A stretch of 64,000 nucleotides of DNA from Chiloscyllium plagiosum (taxonomy: Eukaryota), in the NCBI RefSeq assembly GCF_004010195.1, contig NC_057719.1, forward strand, positions 76,490,849-76,554,848. The letters run 5' to 3'. Of the stretch, positions 52,630-64,000 are shown piece after piece. Each line of letters opens with the position of its first letter. Positions within the stretch are counted from its first letter, which is position 1. The notes beneath the pieces were generated by a model, which saw only the letters and a list, made by a program, of their open reading frames with translations, was not told the DNA's origin and searched no databases. The position numbers were made by a program, and so were the translations under genes.

Positions 52630-54754
52630 TGACTAGCTCGAGAGGCTGAATAGTCAGCTCCAGTTTCTACATTTCTATGCTCCTATTCCTTTTTCCTGGC
52701 CTGGCTCACAATTTCATAGCAGTCGATAGGACTTGGCATGAAAATGCCTATAAATCCATACGATTAAACGTAATGAGCTGTGGTAGAACTTCACTGAAAT
52801 TATTTGGTGCATGAGGTGGGAGTAGACACTAGCACTCCAACCATTTGGAAATTCAGTCCTCCTTCATTTATCTGGAGTCTCCCAGGTTTAAAGATTTATC
52901 TTTTGGGGTGGGGGAATAACACATGACTGGGACACTCTGCTGGAATACATTCTAGCCAGTGATTGATAACTTGGGGTTGATGCTCAGAGTTCAAACCAGA
53001 AACATCAAATGGTTTTGACCCTGCTCCTGCAAGAGTTGGCAGGCCATCCATATCCTACTTTCTCCCACTCTTAAAACCGGCCTACCTTTTGTGGAAGAAA
53101 GGAGCAGAATCCAAACTAAAGAGAAGGTTAACACAGGCAAGCAGGAGTCTCTGTGCCAAGGTGAATGTGTCAGGCAGTGGCAGACATAGCATTGGCAACT
53201 GTATATGCAGTTTTCATTTGAAACGTACTGAGCACTGGAGCCCACTGCAATTCCCATCTGGCACATGGGGTACATGGATAAGTAATGGCCTTTGACAGAC
53301 TCTCTTTCAGTTATCTTTCCTGTGCTTCCTGAGTTTGAGTTTGTTTCCTTATTTTCTCCCCTCTTCCTACTCTGCCATTATTTGGAATTTTCAAATGCTT
53401 TCTGTGACTTCCTGTTATGACGAGAATGAAAGAAAGAGCACCTGTTGAAGGAGCTATCACTGCAGTTATCACCCTTCATGAAGATGGTTGTTGCAATTGT
53501 TTTTATAGATTGGTTTTGACTGTGCTATAAATGTTGGATATCTGGTCTCCAGTCAAGAAATGTCAAAAAAAGCCAGGCCATTCCATTAGTGAAGAAAATA
53601 GAGTCTCCCTGTCAGGTGAATAGGTAGCCAACTCTCTACAGGCATCAGTTGGTTGATTTAACAAAGCAGACCTTTCAATGTAAGCTGTTTGTTCTATTTA
53701 GTTTATATCTCTATCCCACAGGGTGAGTCTTGTCAGCACAACACTGATCACCTGCACTGCAGTCAATTTGAATGGATGTAACTCTCTGGATTGGCTTAAG
53801 GAGATCTGCTAATGTGAAACTTACATGCTGTGGTGACATTCCCCTCTACAAGTGTTGGGTGTCACTCATTTGTGAGCCTTTCAACTCTGAGTTGCAAGGC
53901 TGTGGCTCAAGTCTGACTGCAGTCATGTGAAAACTTCATTGGCATCTAGCTACTTTTTTTTATTCATTTGAGACCTGGGTATTGCTGACTGGCCAGCATA
54001 ATTACCCATCCCTAGTTGCCCCTGAGAAGGTGAAGGTGACCTGACTTTTTGAAATGCTGCAGTCCATGTGCTGTGGATTGACCCACAATGCCCTTATGGA
54101 GGAATTCCAGGATTTTGACCCAGTGACAGTGAAGGAGCAGTGCAGTATTCCTAGCCCCTGACTGCTCTTGTAGCCCTGTGTTGATGTGTCATATTTAGTG
54201 GAGTTTCTAGTCACTGGTAAACCCCAGAATGTTGATCGTGAGGATTCAGTGATGGTAATATCATTGACTGTGGAAGGGTAACGGTTAGATTCTCTCTCAT
54301 TAGAGATGGTCATTGCCTGGCATTTGTCTTATGGGAATATTACTTGCCATTTGTCAGCCCAAAACTGGATATTGTCCAGATCTTATTGCATTCGAATATG
54401 GACTGTTTCAGTATCTGAGGAGTCATGAATGGTGCGGAACATTATGCAATCATTGACAAACAGCCCCATTTCTGACCTTATGATGAAGGCAAGGTCATTG
54501 AAGCAACTGATGCTAGTTTGGCCTATGACACTGTCCTGAGGAACTCCTGCGGAGATGATGTGGAGAGTTTGCCCCGATACCCATTGATTCCAGTTTTGCT
54601 AGGGCTCCTTGATGTCAAGGGCTGTGGGTCTCCCCTCACCTCTGGAATTCAGCTCCTTTGTCTATATTTGAACTAAGGCTGTAATGAGGTCAGGATCTAA
54701 ATGGCCCTGGCAGACCCAAACTGGGCATCACTCAGCAGGTTATTACTGAGCAGG

Positions 54755-54872
54755 GCAAAAGTGAGGACTGCAGATGCTGGAAACCAGAGTTTAGATCAGC
54801 GTGGTGCTGGAAAAGCACAGCAGGTCAGGCCGCATCTGAGGAGCAGGAAAATCGACGTTTCGGGCAAAAGCC
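54755..54872 (-). mobile_element. Family A element truncated in HHR stem II, nested in a LINE
   Basis: gcaaaagtgaggactgcagatgctgg...aatcgacgtttcgggcaaaagcc. Confidence 0.8.
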
Positions 54873-55063
54873 GTAGGTACTGCTTGACAGCACTGTCCTT
54901 CCGTCACTTCCCTGATGGCCAATGGTAATTAGCTGGTTGATGAATAGTAATTAGCTGGTTGGATTTATCTTTGTGTACTGGACATACTCGGCAATTTTCC
55001 ACATTGTCAGGCCGATGCCAATATTGTAACTATCCAGGAAGAGCTTGGCCAGGGGAGCATCAG

Positions 55064-55238
55064 CATCCAAGGAGCAGGAGAATCGACGTTTCGGGCATGA
55101 GCCCTTCTTCAGGAATTCATGCTCGTGCCCAAAACGTCGATTCTCCTGCTCCTTGGATGCTGACTGACCTGCTGCGCTTTTCCAGCAACACATTTTCAGC
55201 TCTGATTTCCAGCATCTGCAGACCTCACTTTCTCCTAT
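55064..55238. mobile_element. Family A fold-back insert with 11-bp TSD, nested in a LINE
   Basis: TSD gggagcatcag at 55053-55063 and 55239-55249; two opposed arms meet at the HHR. Confidence 0.85.
55079..55118 (-). ncRNA. Minimal hammerhead motif (ACGU type)
   Basis: Minus strand GAAUUC CUGAAGA A GGGC-UCAU-GCCC GAAA CGUC^GAUUCU. Confidence 0.7.
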
Positions 55239-57214
55239 GGGAGCATCAGGTTCTGGAGCACAAGACTTATCAGTAATATTGTTGGTATGTTATGGGCCTA
55301 TAGCCTTTGCAGTATCCACTGCATCCAACCATTTCTTGATATCACCTGGAATGAATCAAACTGGTTGAAGATTGGTATCTCTAATGCTGAGGAGCACTGA
55401 ATGAAAGCACAATGGATCATCCACTTGGCATTTCTAGCTGTAGTTTGCTGCGAATGCTTCAGCCTTATCTTTTGCATTGGTGTATTGAGCTCTTCCAACA
55501 TGGAATGGAATGAGGTATTTGTGGAGCCTCCTCCTCCAGTGAGTTGTTTAATTGTCCACCATCATTCACGACTAGATGTGGCAGGACTACAGAGCTTAGT
55601 TTGATCTATTTGTTGTGGGATTGCTTAGCTCTGTATATCACTTATTGCTTATGCTGTTTGGCATGCAGGCAGTCCTGTCTGGAAGCTTCACCAGGTTGAC
55701 ACCTCATTTTTAAGTTTACGTGGTGCTGTTCCTAGCATGCCCTCCTGCATTCTCCATTGAACCAGGGTTGATGGTAACAGTTGAGTGGGGGGGGGGTGTA
55801 CCGGGCCATTAGGTGACAGGTTGGGCTGGAGTACAATTCTGCTGCCATTCATGGCCCACAACACGTCATGGATACCAAATATTGAGTTGCTAGAACTGTT
55901 CAAATTCTGTTCCATTTAGCTCAGTAATAGCATCCTACAACATGATGGAGGATATTCCCAATGCGAAGGTGAGACTTTGTCTCCACAATGACTGGATGTG
56001 GTCACTCTTACTGATACTGTCATGAACAGAGGAAATCTACAGCTGGCGACTGTTAAGGACAAGGTCAAGTATGTTTTTCCTTCTTGTTGGTTCCCTCATC
56101 GCCTGCTGTAGACTCAGTCCTTTAGAGGAATGAGCTCGATCAGTAATACTGTTGCCCAGCCACTTTTGGTCATTAACATTGAAATCCTCCACCTAGAGTA
56201 TATTTTGCGACCTTGCTACCCTTTGTGTTTCCTCCAAATGTTCTTCAATGTGGAGCAGTGCTGTTCCATCAGCCGAGGGAGGGTAGTACATGGCAATCAA
56301 CAGGAGGTTTCTTTGTCCATGTTTACCTGCTGCCATGAAACTTAATGGGATCTTGAGTAAATGTTGAGGACTCCCAGGGCAACTCCCTCCCAATTGTATA
56401 CCACAGTGCCGCTACCTCTGCTGGGTTTGTCCTGCCAGTGGGATAGGGCATGGATGGTGATTGTGGTGTCTGGGACATTGCCTGTGATTTGGTAAGCATG
56501 ATTATGTCAGGCTGTTGCTTAGGCTCTGAAATAGCTGTCCCAATTTTGACACTAGCCCCCAAATGTTAGTGAGGAGGGCTTTGCAGGACTGTTTCTACCA
56601 TTGTGTTTTCTGGTGCCTAGATTAATGCCAGATGGTCTGTCCAGTTCCAAATTTGGAACATTATCCTGAGCTAGTGAAAAGTAGTCTGCGAATGTACGTA
56701 TGTCTCCCCTATGCTGCCTGAAGACCTTCCTGCAGGACATGTCAAAGACATCTAAAAGTCTGTATTGTGAAGCAGAGGGTGTGAAGGCAGACAGTCTCTG
56801 GAAGTTGTAGGTCCAAGTTGCATGGTCTGTGTGTTTGTGACCTGGGGTATTGTTGATTTGAGATGGATGGCACTCCTATTAAACACCTTGAGATTTTTTG
56901 GTATGTTAAGGACTGTATATAATGCAAGTGTTGATTAGCCTTTTAAATAATGTTATAGGGAAAAATATTCACAGTCCACATCCACTGATACAATTCAAAT
57001 TTCCTGAGAGCATTCATTGCATTTCACATCAGCTCATAGCATTGGAAGCAGTCACCAAAAAACTGACCCGGCAAATTTGAGACACTTCCCTGTTTATAAG
57101 CACATCGGTAACTAATTCTTTACCATTTCTAGATCCCCCTGCTACCTCTGAAATCTCAATGCCTGCCAATGGCAAATGAGTGGCTCAAAGACTGAGGTGT
57201 GAGAGAAATAGCTT

Positions 57215-57630
57215 CTGAGTCATAGAAGATTGAGGAGTGATCTTACAGAAACATGCATGACTGAGGGGGCTTGACGGGTTGGATGTTGAGAAGGTATTTC
57301 CACTAGGAGGAAGGCTGATCAGCCAGGAAGCATAACTATAGAATAAGAGCTCATTCATTGAAAACTGAGATGGATAGGAATTTATTTTCCTAGAGGATAA
57401 TGAAATCTGGAATCCTCCATCCCAGAGAATTGTGGAAGTGGATTCACTGACAGTATTTCAAGAGGAGGAAGATAGATTTTTCAAATCTCAATGTGGAGGG
57501 CTATGACACAAAAGAGGAGTTGAGGCTTAGGGCATATGAACCATGATCTAATAGAATAGGAGTGCAGTTGGGGAGATAGCAGGCTCTGAGGCACCAAATA
57601 GACTGCTCCTGCATCTATTTCTTATGTTCT
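57215..57630 (+). mobile_element. CR1-type 3' end (decayed)
   Basis: agaagattgaggagtgatcttacagaaaca...tctggaatcctccatcccagagaattgtggaag. Confidence 0.7.
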
Positions 57631-57895
57631 CTCCTTGTTTCGAGGTACATTCCTTCAATTCGTTCTCACTGAAGATTCCCTACCACTAGTAAAGGAGATG
57701 GCAACTCCAATTTATTTGTGTCCCTTAGGCCTCCCTTGTTCACCTTTATTTAAATGCATTGAAATCACAGGATCAAAGTAAGACTGAGGAAGGATGACGT
57801 GTGGTATCCCCACCCCTATCGTTGCTGTGAAAGACTATCCTTGAAACACAGTGATGACCTTGTGGGTTTTGAACTAGCCAGTGTGGTATAATTTA

Positions 57896-58091
57896 GGAGA
57901 AAATGAAGATTGCAGATGCTGGAGAGTCAGAGTCGAAAAGTGTGGATCTGGAAAAGCACAGCATCCGAGGAAGGTACCTGAGGAAGGACTTATGCCCGAA
58001 ACGTCGACTCTCCTACTCCTCGGATGCTGCCTGACTGGCTGTACTTTTCCAGATCCACACTTTTCCAGATCCAGGGTTGCACTTTTTGACT
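57896..58091. mobile_element. Older family A fold-back insert about 330 nt upstream of TTC9 exon 3
   Basis: Opposed arms. Plus-strand core CTGAGGA A GGAC-TTAT-GCCC GAAA CGTC at 57978-58005 has one stem II mismatch. Confidence 0.75.
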
Positions 58092-58359
58092 GTGTGATGT
58101 AAATGCCAGGATAAGAAAGGAGTGAGAGGAGGGTATGAGCCCTGAGGTGGGCGATCTCAGTCAGGGTGATAACAGAAGCACTCAGATTGGCACCAAGATA
58201 GAGGGAAGGTGGCAGACTCTACCAGAAAGTCAGCTATAAATCTTTCTCTCTCAACTCACTGCTTTAATTTTCTTTGTATGGACAATATCACTCACACTAC
58301 CCAAGGAGGGGATGTTGGGGACGGTTGGTGAAACTTCCTAATCCAAGATACAACAGTGA

Positions 58360-58500
<141 letters not shown>

Positions 58501-60000
58501 AGGCATTCGATACTGCAGGGGTAGGAGAGGACAACTGCTGCGGTGACTGGTGGGCTTTGTTTCACCATTAAACTTTATTCTCTGGATTGGAAGCTTGCCT
58601 GCATGAGACGAGCTCCGGTTCCCCAGCTGAGGAACTGCAGAGCCAGAGGCCATTTGAAGTTTGGCATTTTGTGTAGCCAGAAACGGATTGGGAAAAGATC
58701 TTGAGGCTGTGACGTCATTACAAGAATTTCGGCAAGCTTTGTTAGGAACATTTTTTTTAAAAATTGCATCGCTTGTTGAGGAAGGTAACGTGTTTAAAAA
58801 GTTCTTCTTTTTTTTTTAAATGACTGTTAACAGAAGTTTACAGAGAAACTGAAAGTGGGAGTAGTTTACCACTCTCCGTGGATGGGGAGAGAAGTAAGTT
58901 TGCAATGACACCACAGCAATCTCTCAAAATGGCCAACTCCAGATCTCCTGATTGAAAACTGGCCAAGGGAGATTATCATCAAACAATTGATTTGATGGAC
59001 AGCATCCAAAACATTTGAGCAGAAAGCAGTCCTGTATATTTGCACTGCCATTTAGCCTTTACTCATTAAAGTTTTAGCAATTTGAAGGGAAGGTTGAGAG
59101 TTGTTGCTCGTAGAACCTATTTAGAATAATACACGTGAATTATTATATTCAGATTTTAAGAAGTACCTGTACAGTGAGGGAACAAGTATCTATAACTATT
59201 ATCAATTTTGATAAACATGCTTTAAATTAAAAAAAATACTTTTATTGAAGTGGTATATAACACAAGTGTTGAGCATGCTAAGTGCATTGGCAAAACAAAG
59301 TGGAAGAAGAGCACAATAATTGTTTGCAATTACCCTGAGATTATGTTGCAGTGTGCAAAATGCATAATGCACTTGTCTAGAGCTTTTCTATCCATTATTT
59401 TAGTGGCGATATTAAACAATTAAGACAGAAACGTGCACTTGGTAGCTGGAGCAATGGAAGAGAGAGAAATGTATTATTTTTTAACTAGAAAAGAAGATGG
59501 ATGTTTTTAGGTCTCACTGATAGCCATTTGTTTCCATGGTGATAGAGTCCATTAGCAACTGCACAGAAAACATAGATGTGTGTTCTAACACAGTAGACTT
59601 TGAATATCTTGAGACCTGAGGGTGTTAATATGTATCTGCTGGTTGTGAGACTTTACGTGTTAGTCAGTACTCACAATTTCATTAATAAGTCATTGACTTT
59701 GAACAGTTGTTTAAATGATTTACTAGGAGACGGTCTCTATTCTAACAGGCACATTGCAAAAGAGAGTGGAAGCTGAACTACTCATTAATAAAATTACAAG
59801 TGCCAGGGCAAATGCTGCACTTGTCAATTTTCAAATAATTAAATAATGGATTCAGCTCTTATTAGCCTATGTTGTGAACAGTGCAAGCAATATCTTAAGA
59901 CAGTGCATGGAAGAGTAAAAGAATGTGTTATAGGATAAGAAAGCGTTGGAACTGCACAGTGAACATCTGAAAAATAAAAGATAATATTGTGTGTGGTACC
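58501..60000 (+). other. TTC9: Probable TTC9 3' UTR with candidate poly(A) signals (AATAAA 59787-59792 and 59973-59978)
   Basis: Repeat-free AT-rich stretch after the stop codon. The second AATAAA is followed by a GT-rich tract (ttgtgtgtgg). The end point is inferred. Confidence 0.5.
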
Positions 60001-60124
60001 AGAGCAGCTGGGTATTAAAGCCATTCCCCTCTAATTTCAAATATTTATAAATTTGTTTTCTCCAATTGATACAATGAGCATGTGTTATTAGAGGGAAATA
60101 TTAGAGCAAGGTATTTGGAAAATT

Positions 60125-61795
60125 TATACATCAAACGACACATCTACCCAACAATCTGGAAGAATGCCCAGGTTTGCCTTGTGCACAAAAGCAGGACAAC
60201 CCCATCCTTATCAGTCTACTCTCCATCATCAGCAAAGTGATGGAAGGGATTGACAGTGCCATCAAATGGCCCTTGCAAAGAAATAACGTGTTCACTGATG
60301 CTCAGTTTGTATTCCACTTGGGCTGATATCATTACAGCCTTGGTCCAAACATGGACAAAACAGCTGAATTTTCAGAAACTAGGTGAGAGTGATTGCCATT
60401 GACATGAAGGCTACATTTGACTGAGTGTGGAATCGAAGAGCCTTAGCAAAACTGTAGCTGATGGGTATCAGGGAAAAACTATAGTTGGATCATGTCTGGC
60501 ACAAAGGAAGATGGTTGTGTTTGCTGGAGGTCAATCATCTCAGCCCCAGGGCATCACTGTAGGGGTTCCCCATGATAGTGTCCTAAACTCAACCATCTTC
60601 AGCTGATTTAAGAATGACCTTCTTTCGATCAAAAGAAAAGAAATGGGATGTTCACTGATGTCTGCTCCGTGCTCAGCATCATCGACAACTGCTTAAATTC
60701 TGAATCAGTGTCCACATGCAAGATCTGTACAGTATACAGGCTTGGACTGATAAGTGGCAAGTAACACATCACCAATGACAGAATTTAATCATCGTCTTGT
60801 GATGTTCATTGGCATTACCATCACTGAATCTTTCATGGTCAACACTCTGAGGGTTATCATTGACCAGAGACTGAACTAAACCAGCCAAATAAATATTGTA
60901 GCTACAAGAGAAAGCCAGAGGCGAGGAATCCTGCAGTAAGTAATTCACTTCTTGACTCCCTACAGTGTCAGTCCACTATCTGCGAGGCATGTTTTAGAAC
61001 TGTGATATATACTTCACTTGCCTGGATAGGTGCAGTTCTCTATTAGTGGGCGGCACGATGGCACGGTGGTTAGTACTGCTGCCTCACAGTGCCAGAGACC
61101 CAGGTTCAATTCCTGCCTCAAGTGACTGACGGTGTGGAGTTTGCACATTCCCCCCGTCTCTGCATGGGGTTTCCTCCGGGTGCTCCGGTTTCCTCCCACA
61201 GTCCAAAAATGTACAGGGTATGCTAAATTGCCCGTAGTGTTAGGTGAAAGGGTAAATGTAGGGCAATGGGTCTGGGTGGGTTGCGCTTTGGCGGGTCGGT
61301 GTGGACTTGTTGGGCCGAAGGGCCTGTTTCCACACTGTAAGTAATCTAATCTAACTCCAAGAGTCTCAACACTATCACAACAAAGCAGTTGGCTTGATTG
61401 ACACTTCTTCTAACACCTTCCACAATCACTCCCTCACCACCAGTACTATTGGCTACAGAATGTATTATCTCCAAGGTACATTGCGGCAATTGTCCAAGGG
61501 TCCTCGGACATATCTTCCAAACCCAGAGGTTTTATCATCTGGAAGAACAAGGGCAGCCAAAATATAGGAACCTGCAAATTTCCGTCCAAGCCACGAACCA
61601 TCTTGACTTGGAAACACATTGCTATTCCTTAAGTGTAGCTGGATCAAAATCTTGGAGCTCACTTTTGAGGGGTACAGTGGGTGTCGCTAGAGCCCCAGGG
61701 CAGCAATGGTTCAAGAAGGCAGCTCACTACTACCACCTCCAGGTCAGTTAGGGATGGGTAATGGATGTTTGCCTACCCAGTGATGCTGCATTCCA
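60125..61795 (+). mobile_element. Same second LINE family, RT to 3' end
   Basis: tggaagaatgcccaggtttgccttgtgcacaaaagcagg and ggggttccccatgatagtgtccta ([12 protein letters not shown]); reverse complement of parts of 53958-55050. Confidence 0.75.
61048..61353 (+). mobile_element. HE1-like V-SINE with (taatc)n tail, nested in a LINE
   Basis: gggcggcacgatggcacggtggttag...cacactgtaagtaatctaatctaa. Confidence 0.9.
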
Positions 61796-62993
61796 TTTGT
61801 GGTGTTTTTTAAAATTGTTATGCTAGATTAGGTGATATGCCTGAGTAATCTCAGTATTAGTCATTTTGAGGCGTGGCTCAGAGTTAAGGACACTACGACT
61901 GCACGAAAGCTCATGATATTTCTACCTGGTTTCAAGTTAGCTAGTGCAATGGCATGATTTTAATCATGTTGTGTAGGGGATGAAGGTGGACATTGAGATC
62001 CCAAAATAAGAGACTGGTTAATCGATCATTTGGATGGGCTAATTGAGGGAGGAATCTTGGAGGACACTGAGTTTGTTGATCTAATTGAACTTTAGCTTAA
62101 TGCCTCATCTAAAGGACATCCCACTAATGATACAGCACTCCTTTAGTGCTGCCTTGGGCCACTAATGTCTTGAACCAACATACACACCTGACAAAAAATT
62201 GAAATGTCAAGGTACCACTTTCCTACAGTATGCCCTTTTTCTTTTAAATATAATTATGAGCATTCTCTCTCTTCTAAGAAATCAGTAAGTTATCAGTATA
62301 TAGTTTAAGTAAACAGATGTAGGCTTTGTTGAAGGAACTGCTTGGAGAAATTATTGAATTTGACAAATTGTGAGGGAGCTAAATTACATCAATACTGATA
62401 CAGTCATCAGCTGGGAACATTTCAGTAAGTTCAGATGTGGCTATGTTGATGCAGCTTCCTCTGCTGTCAGACTCGATAACAACTTCTGAAAAATAATCAC
62501 TAAGTGCGGCTCAGCTAATTCCGAGTGATTTATCATTACCACTGGTGACAAGGTTTGCTTTTCAACAATGAATTAGGTCACAAATCCATTTATTCAATAC
62601 AACAGATTGAAGCATATAATGTTTATTTGTTCCCCCACACTTACAAAAATTGGGGGATGTCTTGAGTCAAAGTAATTGCTCTGATCTGCTATAACTCTGT
62701 ATAATTCTGCTTGAGGGAATCTCAGTGCCCATTGTATATATTGAGAAATGGTCTCTTGTTAATTTACTTTGCTATGCTAAAGCCACGGTATTAGCTGTTA
62801 CTGATAGACCAGATCTTTCCACATCTTTTGCTATTTCCTGGTTAGTTTCAATTTCAATTTGGAAGCAAAATTTCAAAGCACTTAATTCTGACTCAAGGAT
62901 AGGTTACAAATCCCAAAGTACATAAAAGTGTGGCGCAGGTAAAGTGAGAGGTGGAGCTAATAGCTACATCACACTTGCTCGATTTACTCAATA

Positions 62994-63398
62994 CATAGAA
63001 AATAGGTGCAGGAATAGGCCATTCGGCCCTTCGAACCTGCACCACCATTCAACATGATCATGGCTAAGCGTGCAATTTCAGTATCCCACTCCTGCGAGGG
63101 CTCCATCCAGCTCCCTCTTGAATATATCTAATAAACTGACCCCAACAGCTTTCTATGGTAGAGAATTCCACAGGTTCACAACTCGGAGTTGAAAAAATTC
63201 GTCCTCATCTCAGTCCTGAATGGTTGACCCCTTATTCTTAGTCTGTGACCCCTAATTCTGGACTTCCCCAAAATCGGGAACATTCTTCCCTCATCTAGCT
63301 TGCCCAGCCCCATCAGTATTTTATATGTTTTGGAGTTATTCCCCAATCCCCATCCAATTCTAAATTCCAGTGAGTAGAAGCCCAGTCTTTCCTCATAT
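62994..63398 (-). mobile_element. CR1-type 3' end
   Basis: aggccattcggcccttcgaacctgcaccaccattcaa...agagaattccacaggttcacaactc; same tail at ~1012-1150, ~47470-47640 and ~51200-51390. Confidence 0.75.
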
Positions 63399-63915
63399 AT
63401 TGCATACAGTTCTGGTCACCACGCTACCAGATGGATGTGGATGTTTTGGAGAGGGTACAGAAAAGGTTTACCAGGATGTTACCTGATACGGGGGATTTTA
63501 GCTATGAAGAAAGGTTGGTAGACTGGGTTTGTTTTCACTGGAAGACAGGAGGTTGAGGGGTGATTGGATAGTACTTGTAAGATTGTGAATGGCATGGATA
63601 GAGTGAAAAATATGAAGCTTTTCCCTAGGGTGAAACACAGGTTCAAAGTACGTGAGGGGAGGGATGTTTAAAAGAGATTTTCGAGGCAAGTTTTTCACAC
63701 AATCGGTGGTGAGTGCCTGGACTGCACTGCCAGAGGAGGTGGTGGAAGCAGACACAATAGCAGCATTCAAGAAGCATCTGGACGAACACATGAATAGGAA
63801 GAGAATAGATGGATACAGATCCTGTAAGTGAAGACGCTTTTAGTATGAAAGAGCAAAATGTATCAAGCAGGCTTAGAGAGTCAAATGGCCTATTTCTGTG
63901 CCATATTGTTCTTTG
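63399..63915 (+). mobile_element. CR1-type 3' end
   Basis: cagttctggtcacc...gagagggtacagaaaaggtttaccaggatgtt...cactgccagaggaggtggtggaagcag. Confidence 0.8.
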
Positions 63916-64000
63916 CCAGTCCTGTATGGTTCTTTGCCCAAGAACCAGCCTGGCACATCAAATCTGGAGGAGTAGTTGAATGAAGAATGGTCACCCGGGC

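Larger units (their letters stand above)
53958..56570 (-). mobile_element. Second LINE family (CR1/L2 group), EN through RT to 3' end, decayed
   Basis: QQPDIIMLTKS and LLLIAMYYPPSADG (APE-like endonuclease), MWKIA...; tail cccatccctagttgcccctgagaagg also at ~8515-8990, ~26598-26900, ~7830-7945 and ~17875-17965. Confidence 0.75.

Noticed and set aside
58710..58717. Perfect CRE sites TGACGTCA (also 18961-18968)
   Set aside because: Isolated 8-mers without promoter context; plausible by chance.
61048..61125. tRNA gene
   Set aside because: The A/B boxes belong to a SINE head that continues into the V-domain; the same holds for the other tRNA-like heads.

Overview
Eukaryotic, repeat-rich vertebrate DNA, almost certainly from an elasmobranch (shark), because it carries several HE1-like V-SINEs and their CR1-type partner LINE tails. 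The only host gene recognised is TTC9 (TTC9A) on the + strand: coding exon 2 (46648-46830) and coding exon 3 (58421-58500, stop codon), then a probable 3' UTR. Exon 1 is not in the window, so 1-46647 is inferred to be intron 1. The rest is decayed CR1/L2 LINEs, SINEs, a Ty3/Gypsy remnant and Penelope-like elements (PLEs). The most interesting signal is at least three families of short (about 100-500 bp) non-coding inserts that carry minimal hammerhead-ribozyme (HHR) cores (CUGANGA-stem II-GAAA-palindromic ACGU/AGCU-H). Many have 11-17 bp target-site duplications and a fold-back architecture with a ~35-nt tail. One TSD-flanked 39-bp tandem array is built from the terminus of the same element. 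PLE-associated minimal hammerheads are a known class; activity and novelty of these shark families are untested. Repeat boundaries were read by eye and are approximate.
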